Shown: piece after piece, positions 32,693 through 42,037 of the stretch
Position numbering within the stretch: the first letter of the stretch is position 1
Layout: each line of letters starts with the position of its first letter
Assembly (NCBI GenBank): GCA_963735805.1
Contig: CAVTMK010000002.1
Span: 1,312,001 to 1,376,000 of the forward strand
DNA from: an uncultured Verrucomicrobiae bacterium
Lineage (GTDB): Bacteria > Verrucomicrobiota > Verrucomicrobiia > Chthoniobacterales > UBA10450
Direction: 5' to 3'
Length of the DNA: 64,000 bases
Notes under the pieces: generated by a model
Told to the model about the DNA's origin: nothing
Seen by the model: the letters and a program-made list of their open reading frames with translations, nothing else
Database searches by the model: none
Program-made: the position numbers and the translations under genes

Positions 32693-33685
32693 TCAGCCCT
32701 CAAGAATCGCAGCCTTGCCGCGGTTCCGGATGACCGGTTGATCGGTAATGATGACCGTCGTGCCGGGTTGCAGGGTGTCGTAGACCTTTTGCCCAAACTC
32801 CGGATTGACTCGGAGTCGCGCCGCGATCTTTTCGGCAGGAACGCTGCGGCCCCTGCTCGTCACGCTCATCCAACGACGTGCTGCCCGGCCGGGAGCAAGC
32901 GAGCTTTGCCGGTCCGTGGTGCCTTCAAGTAGCGAGTAGACATGGTCCCCAAGCGATCCGCGTCCGTCAATCTCGACGGAGGCGCGCCCGATGGGATTGC
33001 CATTGCGATAGACGTAAAGCGCGCGATCGGCGGCACTCACGACGATCGTGATCGGTCCGCTCGAGCTGCGCTCCGGGTTCCAGACAAAGTCGTTATGCGC
33101 GAGCGGGCGCAGCATCTCCGGCGACATATCCTTTGGTGCAAGCATCAAGCCGGGATTCGAGGCTAGATACGGCACGGGCGTATTGCCGTCACCCACTACG
33201 ACGGTGCCGCCCTTCGACGTCGCACTGAAAAGCAGTTGTGAGAAATCATAGGGCATTCGGATGCAACCGTGACTGGCGGGGTAGCCGGGGAGATTGCCCG
33301 AGTGCATCGCGATGCCGGTCCAGGTTAGCCGCTGCATGTTTGGCATCGGTGCGTTGTCATATGTTTTCGAGTAGTGCTCCTGCTTTTTCTCAAGGATGCT
33401 GAAGACGCCACCCGGCGTGGCGTGGCCTTTCGAACCTGTGCTCACGGTTGAACGGCCGATAAGGATGCCATTGCGATAAACGTTCATAGTCTGCTGTGGG
33501 ACGCTCACAAGCACCATGAGCGGACCGCTCGGCGAGAGCTGAGGATTCCACCAATACTGACCTGGCTTAAGTTGGCCCGTCGGCTTTCCGGTGGGCATCC
33601 CTTTGGTGTGAAACGACGGTTGTTGCATCGCCTGTACTGTGGTGAGCAGGGCGACAGAAAGAACGACAAGTTTGAATGATTTCAT
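32693..33685 (-). CDS. L,D-transpeptidase family protein
   Basis: 'VSTGSKGHATPGG', 'APMPNMQRL', catalytic 'HSGNLPGYPASHGCIR'. Confidence 0.92.
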   Translation of the reverse strand: MKSFKLVVLSVALLTTVQAMQQPSFHTKGMPTGKPTGQLKPGQYWWNPQLSPSGPLMVLVSVPQQTMNVYRNGILIGRSTVSTGSKGHATPGGVFSILEKKQEHYSKTYDNAPMPNMQRLTWTGIAMHSGNLPGYPASHGCIRMPYDFSQLLFSATSKGGTVVVGDGNTPVPYLASNPGLMLAPKDMSPEMLRPLAHNDFVWNPERSSSGPITIVVSAADRALYVYRNGNPIGRASVEIDGRGSLGDHVYSLLEGTTDRQSSLAPGRAARRWMSVTSRGRSVPAEKIAARLRVNPEFGQKVYDTLQPGTTVIITDQPVIRNRGKAAILEG

Positions 33686-33739
33686 GAGATGATCAGAGAC
33701 GTAAAGGCTTATAAGAGCAGAAAGTCTTCACATCCTCAA

Positions 33740-33755
33740 TAAGACCTTCGTCCCA
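33740..33755. promoter_or_regulatory. 16-bp operator variant (TAAGACCTTCGTCCCA)
   Basis: Recurring motif, about 55 bp upstream of the L,D-transpeptidase start. Confidence 0.55.
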
Positions 33756-33859
33756 TGCCGGCCTGCGCTGACAATCTCGTCCACGCTGCTTGCTTGTCCG
33801 GAAGTCAGCCCAGCTTAGGCCAGACAATCTAGGGCGGTCGGTTCTAGCTTTAGACAAGG

Positions 33860-33875
33860 TAGGACCAAGGTCCTA
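33860..33875. promoter_or_regulatory. 16-bp palindromic operator (TAGGACCAAGGTCCTA)
   Basis: Perfect 7-bp arms; followed by TTTACG-N17-CATTCT, upstream of DUF3300. Confidence 0.8.
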
Positions 33876-33954
33876 TTTACGGGACACCGACAACGCGGCA
33901 TTCTCAGGTTAAGTTGGAAAGAGTAACGCGACCCACAAAGAAAGGTAGAAATTT

Positions 33955-35472
33955 ATGAACTCACGAGACCCCCGATCTGGAATTCCCAGACAAGCACTTC
34001 GTGGTGTGATCGCCATCGTATGCGTGGCATCGCTCACATGGAGTATTCCCATGATTCTGGCGCAGGAGGTCCCGCAGGACCAATCGCAGGAAACGACTAC
34101 TGCCGAGGAAGCTCCGAAGATTCCGAACGACCAATTGGATTCTTTGGTGGCACCGATCGCGCTTTATCCCGACGACTTGTTGGCTCAGACGCTGGCCGCT
34201 TCCACTTACCCGTTGGAAGTTATGCAGCTAGACCAATGGATGGATAAGAATAAAAATCTGAAGGACAAGGCACTGGTAGACGCCGTGTCCAAGCAGCCGT
34301 GGGACCCGAGCGTGCAGTCGATGGCTGCATTTCCAGAGGTGGTACAGCGGATGGCAGAGAATATTCAGTGGATGACAGACGTGGGAAATGCGGTTTTGGC
34401 GCAGCAAAAAGATGTTATGGACGCCGTGCAACGGATGCGCGCAAAGGCCGAGGGGACCGGAAATCTCAAGACCGGTTCCGAACAGAAAGTGGAGACCAAG
34501 ACAACGCAAAGCGGTCAGCAGGTGATTGTAGTTGAACAAGCTAACCCTGAGGCGGTTTACGTCCCGTCATACGATCCCCAGGTAGTTTATGGGGCCGCGC
34601 CTGCCGAATATCCCTACTATCCTTACTCCTATCCCGGATACCAGCCGGGGAGAGCATTGGCTTGGGGATCGGCCATCGCCGTGGGTGGCGTATGGGCCAA
34701 CAACAACTGGGGCAATTGCGATTGGGATGACGGCAATGTGACCATCAACAACAACAACAATTTCAATAAGAACTACAACAAGAACGTCAACAAAACCGGT
34801 ACTGGCCAGGGCAACAGCTGGCAGCACAACCCGCAACACCGGGGCAACGCGCCTTACGCCAACAAACAAACAGCGAATAAGTACGGCGGCAAGGCAGCCG
34901 GCGGTGCTGGAAAACCGGGCGGCGTTGGTGGTGCTGGAAAACCCGGCGGTCCCGGCGGTGCGGGTGGCGTTGGCGGTGCTGGAAAACCCGGCGGTCCGGG
35001 CGGCGCAGGTGGCGTTGGTGGTGCTGGAAAACCTGGCAGTCCGGGCGGCGCAGGTGGCGTTGGTGGTGCTGGTAAGCCCGGCGGTGCGGGCGGTGCTGGA
35101 AAACCCGGCGGTGCGGGCGGTGCAGGTGGCGCTGGCGGTGCAGGCAAACCAGGTGGTGCTGGCGGTGCCGGAAAACCCGGCGGTGCCAACGCTGGTAAGG
35201 CAACTGGCGGTAGCGCTGGTAAAGCAAGTGGGGGTGGCGGAAAAGGAGGCGCAGACAAAGTCGGTGGCCATAAGCCGTCGGCGGGCGGCGGTGGCGGTGG
35301 TGCCTTCGCTGGCGGGAGTGGGGGCTCTGCTAAAGCCGCGAGCAGCCGGGGCGGCAGCAGCATGAAGGGTGGCGGTGGCCACGGCGGTGGCGGCAAAGGC
35401 GGCGGTGGTGGCGGCAAAAAAGGTGGCGGCGGGGGTGGCAAAAAAGGCGGCGGTGGGGGACGCGGTAGATGA
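33955..35472 (+). CDS. DUF3300-domain protein with a Gly-rich repetitive C-terminal tail
   Basis: 'QLDSLVAPIALYPDDLLAQTLAASTYP', 'WDPSV', 'YVPSYDP', 'WQHNPQHRG'. Confidence 0.9.
   Translation: MNSRDPRSGIPRQALRGVIAIVCVASLTWSIPMILAQEVPQDQSQETTTAEEAPKIPNDQLDSLVAPIALYPDDLLAQTLAASTYPLEVMQLDQWMDKNKNLKDKALVDAVSKQPWDPSVQSMAAFPEVVQRMAENIQWMTDVGNAVLAQQKDVMDAVQRMRAKAEGTGNLKTGSEQKVETKTTQSGQQVIVVEQANPEAVYVPSYDPQVVYGAAPAEYPYYPYSYPGYQPGRALAWGSAIAVGGVWANNNWGNCDWDDGNVTINNNNNFNKNYNKNVNKTGTGQGNSWQHNPQHRGNAPYANKQTANKYGGKAAGGAGKPGGVGGAGKPGGPGGAGGVGGAGKPGGPGGAGGVGGAGKPGSPGGAGGVGGAGKPGGAGGAGKPGGAGGAGGAGGAGKPGGAGGAGKPGGANAGKATGGSAGKASGGGGKGGADKVGGHKPSAGGGGGGAFAGGSGGSAKAASSRGGSSMKGGGGHGGGGKGGGGGGKKGGGGGGKKGGGGGRGR
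34900..35185 (+). repeat. Coding tandem repeats (GGAGKPGG units)
   Basis: About 8 copies of GGTGCTGGAAAACCCGGC-like units, including 45-nt repeats encoding GGAGKPGG(P)GGAGGV. Confidence 0.85.
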
Positions 35473-35498
35473 GCAAACAGTTGATGGAGGAAGATCCA

Positions 35499-36495
35499 AT
35501 GAAAAGAAAATTAAACATCACGACTTCGTCGAAAATTCTCGCTTGTGCGATCCTTATGTCGGGCTTCGTAGCTCTTGCTTTGCATTCAGCGCTGGCGGCC
35601 AAAACAGATGTGGCCGCGACAGCGCAGGTAAAACAAAAAGAATTCGATACACCGCAACAGGCGGCCGACAGCCTCGTTCAGGCGGCGGAGTCTTTCGACG
35701 TCCCTGTCCTGAAAGAGATTCTCGGACCAGACAGCACTGACCTCGTTAGTTCCCAAGATCCCGTCGAGGACAAGAATCGGGCGGCCGCATTTGCTGCGAA
35801 GGCGAAAGAGAAGAATTCAGTTGCTGCGGATCCGAAGAATCCGAACTCGCGCTGTTCTCACGATTGGAAACGACGATTTCCCTTTTCCGATTCCAATCGT
35901 GAAGCAAAAGGGCAAGTGGTATTTCGATGCCAAGGCCGGCCGTCAAGAAATTCTGAATCGGCGTATCGGCGCCAACGAACTGGACGCGATTGCCATTTGC
36001 CGCGGTTTCGTCGAAGCCCAGCAGGAATATGCGCAGGAGAAGCACGACGATTCCAAGGTGAACCAGTACGCTCAGCGAATCATCAGCACGCCTGGGAAAC
36101 ATGATGGTTTGGCATGGCAGAACTCGGGTGGAACCTGGGGAGGTCCAGTTGGAGAAGAAGTCGCCAAAGCGCTGGAGCAAGGCTACTCGGAGCGGAGCCA
36201 GCCGTTTCACGGCTATTTTTTCAAAGTTTTGAAAGGGCAAGGTCCCGCCGCGCCTTTGGGCCAAATGGACTTTGTCGTAGAAGGAGCAATGATTGGCGGA
36301 TTCGCCCTGGCCGCAGCACCGGCGCAGTATCGGGTTACCGGAGTGCAGACCTTCATAGTTGGTCCCAACGGAGTCGTATATCAAAAAGATCTTGGGGCAG
36401 GTACGCTAAAGGCGTTTCAGAATATGGACCGGTACAACCCCGATAAAACCTGGGAAGTAACCGAGGATGATCTGAAGGAGGACTCACAAGATTAA
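35499..36495 (+). pseudogene. DUF2950-family protein, frameshifted near 35846 (real lesion or sequencing error)
   Basis: Signal peptide and 'FDTPQQAADSLV' are in one frame; 'FPIPIVKQKGKWYFD..RRIGANEL..PFHGYFF..GVVYQKDLG' is in the next; removing one base restores 'KNPNRAVLTIG'. Confidence 0.85.
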
Positions 36496-36598
36496 GGTTG
36501 CTCAAATCGGAAGACCAAAAGCAGCTTGCCGTTTACCGCTGAGCTTACCTGGTGGTATTGAGTCCACCCCATCTCATACGCTTAGTCGATGGTAGGCG

Positions 36599-37426
36599 TT
36601 AACTTGTCGTCGCTGGGTGGTTTGGCCGGGCCGGTCGTACGCAGGCCCAGTGGTATCGGATGGCGACGATCTGGGTGTAAAGGATCCAAGCAAGCATCAG
36701 GGTCGATAGCAGCGCAACCAGATTGAATACGAACAGTAGCCGCGACTCTCGCTTGTTCAGCCGGACCTGCAACGCCGCCATATCCGCACGCACCGCCTGA
36801 ACATTTGCCTGTGCCTCACCCAGTCGGCTGTCGATGCGCTGCGTAAGCCCTTTGAGCGTGGCAACGGTCTCAGGAGCGATGTCGCTCTTCTGCTCTACTA
36901 CCAGTGCGCGCAATGTGCCGCGCAGTTGCGTTGCGTCCGCGGACAATCCTTCGAGCCGGTTAAAGGTCTCGTCCAGCGCTGCCAGCCGTGGAGCGCGATC
37001 GGCCATCATCGGTAGTGAGTTCAGCAGACTCACCGCATTGGCGACGTTTCCCACAGCATCCCGCACAGGAGCCAGCACCTGCTGCATCTGCGCGATGCGT
37101 GGCGCCAAATTCGTCTCCAAGCGCTCGTTGAGCGCATTGAGCACGGGCCTGTTTGCCTGCGCCTGGACGCCGGTGGCGGTAATGGTCTCGGAAGCTTGCC
37201 GCACTTCCGTCCGGCTCGTCGCGATGAGGTCGTTCACCCGGCTCACACCGGCATCGACCACCCCGATGCCGACCTCGATGAGACCAAAACCCTTCAGTGC
37301 AACATCGGTGGCCTTACGATCAACGAACCATGCGCCAAAAATACCGAGCAGGCTCAGGCCGATGAACAGCACGGCAAGCGCAATGGCGGCAAAGCGAAGT
37401 GTCTTCTCGATGATTGGCATGTGCAT
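36599..37426 (-). CDS. Hypothetical membrane protein with a long coiled coil between two TM helices
   Basis: 275-aa ORF, N- and C-terminal hydrophobic helices, heptad-rich middle. Confidence 0.7.
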   Translation of the reverse strand: MHMPIIEKTLRFAAIALAVLFIGLSLLGIFGAWFVDRKATDVALKGFGLIEVGIGVVDAGVSRVNDLIATSRTEVRQASETITATGVQAQANRPVLNALNERLETNLAPRIAQMQQVLAPVRDAVGNVANAVSLLNSLPMMADRAPRLAALDETFNRLEGLSADATQLRGTLRALVVEQKSDIAPETVATLKGLTQRIDSRLGEAQANVQAVRADMAALQVRLNKRESRLLFVFNLVALLSTLMLAWILYTQIVAIRYHWACVRPARPNHPATTS

Positions 37427-37608
37427 TCCGATGTTCTTTCCAGGTCAAAGCATGGCTATCGCCTAACGAGCGGTAGGTTGGATTATCCCGTCTTTTTTTG
37501 TGAGAGAATTCCGCATAATTTGCTTGGCGTTAGTTTTGTTCCTATTATCTGGCTCATATATTCGAAGAACGCTCCCGAATTAGACAGCATCAATCAGGCA
37601 AAGGAAAA

Positions 37609-37624
37609 TAAGACTTTGGTCTTA
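37609..37624. promoter_or_regulatory. 16-bp palindromic operator (TAAGACTTTGGTCTTA)
   Basis: Recurring motif, upstream of the 37426 gene. Confidence 0.7.
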
Positions 37625-37757
37625 TGCTCTGCGGTCGACCGCATGCCGGTTCTTTGCACCAACTTCACGAGGCATTGTGTAGTTGGGCCCACGCCGGTGA
37701 TGTGGGTAATTGCCCAATGACCATCGACGATCACGGACACCGATGGACTTAACGCCA

Positions 37758-39716
37758 TCACGTTTTCTTCGTTACCGGCAACGTAAAATAGAAGCATGCT
37801 CCGCCATCGGCTGCATTCTCTGCGTGGATTTTACCGCCATGAGATTCCACGATGGAGCGCACAATTGCCAATCCCATTCCCAGTCCCTGTTCTTTGGTGG
37901 TAAAAAAGTGATCGAACAAGCGTTCGTGCACTTCATTGCCAATGCCTGTGCCATGATCGCGAACGCTCAAGCGCAGGTCGTTCTCGCCATTGCCAGCCGT
38001 GCTAATCTCTACCTTGCGTCGGTCCGGTGGTGTTTGCCGCATAGCATCAAGGGCGTTACTGACTAGATTAACCAGGACCTGCTGAATCTGGATCGGGTCC
38101 ACCTCGATCGGAGGCAGATCCTTGGCCAGCGATGTTTCAATCTCGCAGGAATAAGCTACTGCATCAGGCCTGACGACATGCACTACATTAGCGACCAGCT
38201 CATTCAGATCAATCCGGCGCCGGATCGGATCGCCTTTCTTAATTGTGTTGCGTACGTTGTGGATGATCTCGTGGGCTCGGCGCCCGCCTGCCTCCACGTC
38301 GACCAGGATCTCGCGCAATGTTGCTGGGTCTTCCTTACCTCTGTCGATAAGCCGCTTGCCGGCATTGGCATTGGTAATGATGGCTGAAAGCGGCTGGTTA
38401 AGCTCATGAGCGAGTGAAGCAGTCATTTCACCAATTACGCTAACGCGGCTAAGCAGGTTAATTTGTTCGCGATGATGGCGTGCTTCCTTTTCGGCGTACC
38501 TTAAGAAACGCTCCGCCCGGCGGCGTTTTACGAGATTGGCCAGCAAACCGGTAATAAGAAGTCCTTGCAGAATGAAGATCGAAAGACCGGCTATGAACCA
38601 TGCCCGGTAGCGATCCCAAACCGTCGGCTGGCGGAACAAGATTGTGCTCCCCGGCGGTAGGAGTTTTTCATTAATCTTCCATCGCTGTAGCTCGCGCCAG
38701 TCATAACGCGGCGGAAGACGCTCGATCAGTTTCGGAGGAATACTGGAAGCTGGTTCACCATGCAGAATACGAATGGCGACGTCCGCCGCCTCCTTCCCGA
38801 CACGATCGCTCTCATAAAGACGTCCACCTACAATTCCCAAGCCCAATTGATGATTAAAGACAGAGTTGATGGGCGCGTTTGCAACCTGATGGAGACGTTG
38901 CAATGCCTCGTCGGCATTGTGTGTTACACCAGAGGCATCACGCAATAGGAGGAGAACGAAAATATAGGAGTCTGGTGGCAGCTTGGCAGCCCGCTGCAGC
39001 ATTTCGTCAAAAGAGAGATCACTGTAATAGGTAAAGTTAATTCGGTTTGCGAGTGGCTCGGTTGCCTTTTGGAAGACCTCCTGCCAAACATGCTCCAGCG
39101 GTGTCGCACCGACGACGACCGCAATGTTTTTTGTCGCAGGCGCAATTTGCAACATGTCCTCAAGCATGCCGGGTATTTCATACACCTGGCCGATGTAGGC
39201 CGCGTTCTTCTCCAATGCACCCGGCGGCAGTAATCGCCGATCGGCTGAGGCGTATAGGATGGGCGTTTCCGGAAAAAGGCGGTTGCGATAGTTTGCAACG
39301 AAGATGGATGCAGGTGCTCCAATCGGCACCACGAGGTCGGGCTGCCACTTGGCGCGACGTTTTTGTAAATAATCGACAATCGCCTCCTGCATCTCGTGGT
39401 CGGCGTAGCGCGCCATATCCAAAGACACCTCGTCAAGATCGACGCGCTCACCCATCTTCGCCACCAGCTCAGTTTCAAAAGCCAGCGACTCCACCGTGAA
39501 TGGCGGCGCGGCGCTGCTAAAAGAATGGATGAGAAGAACGTGCCTCGGCTCCGCCGCCGGTGCGTTGCTCGTGCAGAACAACGGGATTAGCGCAACGCTG
39601 GCGATGAGCAGGAGCAACTGCGCGCGCCGCGTCTTCCGGCTGCCACATGTCCCTGTCGCAGCACTCGTTGGGGGCGACTCCGATATTGCCGGCCATCCGT
39701 GATTATTCCGCTTCAC
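37758..39716 (-). CDS. Membrane sensor histidine kinase (periplasmic binding-protein-like sensor, FixL-like HisKA/HATPase)
   Basis: H-box 'SLAHELNQPL', N-box 'QVLVNLVSNALDAM', 'DHGTG', 'FFTTKEQGLGMGLAI'. Confidence 0.93.
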   Translation of the reverse strand: MKRNNHGWPAISESPPTSAATGTCGSRKTRRAQLLLLIASVALIPLFCTSNAPAAEPRHVLLIHSFSSAAPPFTVESLAFETELVAKMGERVDLDEVSLDMARYADHEMQEAIVDYLQKRRAKWQPDLVVPIGAPASIFVANYRNRLFPETPILYASADRRLLPPGALEKNAAYIGQVYEIPGMLEDMLQIAPATKNIAVVVGATPLEHVWQEVFQKATEPLANRINFTYYSDLSFDEMLQRAAKLPPDSYIFVLLLLRDASGVTHNADEALQRLHQVANAPINSVFNHQLGLGIVGGRLYESDRVGKEAADVAIRILHGEPASSIPPKLIERLPPRYDWRELQRWKINEKLLPPGSTILFRQPTVWDRYRAWFIAGLSIFILQGLLITGLLANLVKRRRAERFLRYAEKEARHHREQINLLSRVSVIGEMTASLAHELNQPLSAIITNANAGKRLIDRGKEDPATLREILVDVEAGGRRAHEIIHNVRNTIKKGDPIRRRIDLNELVANVVHVVRPDAVAYSCEIETSLAKDLPPIEVDPIQIQQVLVNLVSNALDAMRQTPPDRRKVEISTAGNGENDLRLSVRDHGTGIGNEVHERLFDHFFTTKEQGLGMGLAIVRSIVESHGGKIHAENAADGGACFYFTLPVTKKT

Positions 39717-39731
39717 AAGAAGGCTGTGACG

Positions 39732-40208
39732 CTAATGGGAAGGCGCTGGTTTATCTGCGAGTTTCAAAATCTTCGCTGGCACACCCAACCACGCGGCCGC
39801 TGTCTCGAGGTCGAGAAATGCACGCGCGTCGATCGGCGTTCCCTTCATCAGATTTTCGTACAGGAGGGCAATGCCAAAGCCGACCCAATCTTCGCTAAAC
39901 AAGGCCGACTTCACCCGCGTAAGCCCGGCGTATTGCTCTGCACGTTTCTGCGCAAATGCAAAAACCTGCTTGGTGCGAACTGCCACGCTTGTTAACCGAC
40001 TGAAATCAACGAATCGGTTGAACGGTACTGCCGCTTTTTCGATATGACAGAGCCATTCACCAATCTCCTCCAGCAGATCATCGTCCAGGACGCCTTGCGG
40101 TTGCCAGCCAACCAAATTGTGATCGGGATGGTGCCGAAGGTCAGCCGGACGAGGCATAATCCTGGAAGCTGGCAAAGATTCCGCATCAGCAGTTGGATTG
40201 CTAGGCAT
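39732..40208 (-). CDS. Small STAS/SEC14-like protein, paralog 5
   Basis: 'WQPQGVL', 'PFNRFVDFS', 'VKSALF', 'AAAWLGVP'; ends 15 nt before the kinase start. Confidence 0.7.
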   Translation of the reverse strand: MPSNPTADAESLPASRIMPRPADLRHHPDHNLVGWQPQGVLDDDLLEEIGEWLCHIEKAAVPFNRFVDFSRLTSVAVRTKQVFAFAQKRAEQYAGLTRVKSALFSEDWVGFGIALLYENLMKGTPIDARAFLDLETAAAWLGVPAKILKLADKPAPSH

Positions 40209-40304
40209 AACGGCTATTTATCCTTCAACCCTGCTAATGTCGAGATTGTAATGGCCCGCAATTGTAGAATCAACAGGAGGCGCCGCTGCAGTCCATTGCA
40301 AGTT

Positions 40305-40718
40305 TCAAGGAAAAATCTTGTCTAACTCTTTTACCAACCTATGGCTGCCTTGAATCCTTAAGCGGCCAGTCAGGTATGCTAACGAGACGTTGAGGGTTTT
40401 GTTTGACATAGCAACCCAGTCTTCATCGCTTGCTACAAACGTGACATTTGCATTGTGAATCCTTCCTCTACCCCCTGTGTAAGTTCCATCATTTACAATC
40501 AACCACCAGTCGCCTCCGTTGGGCCCACTGAGCTCCCACTGGTAGCTAGCATGCACTCCTTTTGCCTTGTCTCCTTGAAAAGCGTCCTGCCTCTTAGCCA
40601 ACGCCTGTTCCGGCGTAGAGTTGTGCTGCCTACCAGTGCCCCGGTCCTCCGCTTGGCATGGTGACCCAAGCCCGAACGCTGCGAACGCTAACAACACGTA
40701 AGCCCTTTTGTTTTTCAT
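40305..40718 (-). CDS. Secreted SCP2 sterol-binding-domain protein
   Basis: 'YQWELSGPNGGDWWL', 'AYLTGRLRIQG'; signal peptide. Confidence 0.75.
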   Translation of the reverse strand: MKNKRAYVLLAFAAFGLGSPCQAEDRGTGRQHNSTPEQALAKRQDAFQGDKAKGVHASYQWELSGPNGGDWWLIVNDGTYTGGRGRIHNANVTFVASDEDWVAMSNKTLNVSLAYLTGRLRIQGSHRLVKELDKIFP

Positions 40719-40740
40719 TATCAGTAATGATTTATCTCGT

Positions 40741-40935
40741 TCATCTGAGTGCTGTCTCGCGTATCGTGCGAAAAACTGACCGTTTCTGGATTCTTCTTCG
40801 CGTCAAAGTATCGAGCAATTCCATGAGGCACATGGAGGATTCGCCGTTTGCCTCGACCCACTCGGGATATTTGATTCGCAGGTCGTCATGAATCTGTTGC
40901 CGGAGTTCGGTGTAGTTATGGATTTGGTGAGACAT
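40741..40935 (-). CDS. Small conserved hypothetical protein (HQIH..EL.QQIH.DLRI..PEW...NGES.MC), copy A
   Basis: Clear paralog of 52278-52478. Confidence 0.65.
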   Translation of the reverse strand: MSHQIHNYTELRQQIHDDLRIKYPEWVEANGESSMCLMELLDTLTRRRIQKRSVFRTIRETALR

Positions 40936-41155
40936 GGGAATTGGCTGGGTGAAGATTCAAGTGTGGGGCGGCCCGGTTGGCCGGCATTGGCGCCGTGACC
41001 GCGCGTCGTGCCCAAGTGAGAGTATTCCAAAAAGCGGTCTGTATGTGCTTGCGATGTGCACTACGCCGGGCCAACTGAAATACTCTGTAGCGCTGCCGTT
41101 GCAGCAACACGGCGAGCAGTCCGCTTTGCGTAAGGGTCGGGGTTGATTTTGTCAT
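40916..41155 (-). CDS. Small hypothetical protein
   Basis: ATG ORF between the RNA-like element and the small conserved protein; no homolog recognised. Confidence 0.35.
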   Translation of the reverse strand: MTKSTPTLTQSGLLAVLLQRQRYRVFQLARRSAHRKHIQTAFWNTLTWARRAVTAPMPANRAAPHLNLHPANSHVSPNP

Positions 41156-41242
41156 GACGTATCTCCGTTTCTAATGGCTTATGTAATCGACCGGTGTGTG
41201 AGTACGCTCTTACGAACCTCATAAACCGGTTTTTGTTATGGA

Positions 41243-41431
41243 TTGACTGCTCCAAATCCGCGCGGAACGAGGAATCATCTTCACGGGGCACTTTCAACAG
41301 TGGCCGCGCTTCAGGTGACTCGGGCTCCAGTTGAATCTGGAGATCGCGCAAGCGGTGTCTCAGCGAAGGTTAAGCCTTTCAACCGGTTTCAGGCCGGCTG
41401 AAAGTGCGTCGAGGCGTCGGATGACGTAATC
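41243..41431 (-). ncRNA. Candidate structured RNA / 5' leader, copy A
   Basis: Aligns with 51975-52165 with pairing-preserving stem changes; preceded by the operator and TTGGCG-N17-TAAAAT. Confidence 0.65.
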
Positions 41432-41467
41432 GAGGATGATTTTACTACCAGGGCCGACAACCGCCAA

Positions 41468-41483
41468 TAAGACTTTAGTCCAA
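41468..41483. promoter_or_regulatory. 16-bp palindromic operator (TAAGACTTTAGTCCAA)
   Basis: On the minus strand it abuts TTGGCG-N17-TAAAAT. Confidence 0.75.
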
Positions 41484-41535
41484 TGCGTTTAGGGAGCAGC
41501 AACAGGTACCGAGGGGATCAATGAAATCGCCAGAT

Positions 41536-41646
41536 TCATTTGCGTTTCTTTCTATCTATCCACCATAACAATAGAAAGATCGCAATAGGTAAGCCTACCC
41601 AGAACAAAATTGCCTGATAACCGTAAAGCAGCCAAGCGAGATTCAT
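41536..41646 (-). CDS. 36-aa single-TM peptide
   Basis: Read by hand: MNLAWLLYGYQAILFWVGLPIAIFLLLWWIDRKKRK. Confidence 0.4.
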   Translation of the reverse strand: MNLAWLLYGYQAILFWVGLPIAIFLLLWWIDRKKRK

Positions 41647-41690
41647 CAGTAATTACGTTACTCGGTCGAGCCTATATCACATTGTCATTG

Positions 41691-41760
41691 GTGTGGAGAT
41701 AAAAAACGGCGTGATTCATCGTGTGAAGTACTGGGAAATCCGGTTAGAGTGGGGGCTGCG
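41691..41760 (+). repeat. Truncated copy of the dispersed 'KYWEI...' repeat element
   Basis: GTGTGGAGATAAAAAA...GTGAAGTACTGGGAAATC; the 5' part matches 49239-49275 and the coding start matches 50514. Confidence 0.55.
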
Positions 41761-41764
41761 CGCG

Positions 41765-42037
41765 TCAATCAATTGACCAGGTCTTTACGACCCATCCTGC
41801 CTGCGTGTGTCTGAAAGTAATTTTTAAATCGATGTCATCATATTCCCAAACCAGATAGTCACCAGACGAGTTTTCGTCATCCGGATTTCCCTCAGCCTTA
41901 TTTGGCATTCCGAAAAGGCTCACGATTTCCCGCTGCGGCAACCCTGGATATATCTGCAGGGATTTGCGGCGCGCTTCTCTGTGGTTTGCGCATCCGAACA
42001 TGGCAAGCGCAATCATCAACAAAATAGTTCGTTTCAT
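41765..42037 (-). CDS. Small lipoprotein (SmpA/BamE-like motif)
   Basis: Lipobox 'MFGC'; 'GLPQREIVSLFGMP', 'WEY'. Confidence 0.6.
   Translation of the reverse strand: MKRTILLMIALAMFGCANHREARRKSLQIYPGLPQREIVSLFGMPNKAEGNPDDENSSGDYLVWEYDDIDLKITFRHTQAGWVVKTWSID

Noticed and set aside
34900..35185. Possible CRISPR array
   Set aside because: The repeats are in-frame coding units without unique spacers, and there are no cas genes.
34854..35441. Proline-rich collagen/formin-like ORF on the minus strand, and other ORFs over the same repeats
   Set aside because: Antisense shadow of the Gly-rich DUF3300 tail.
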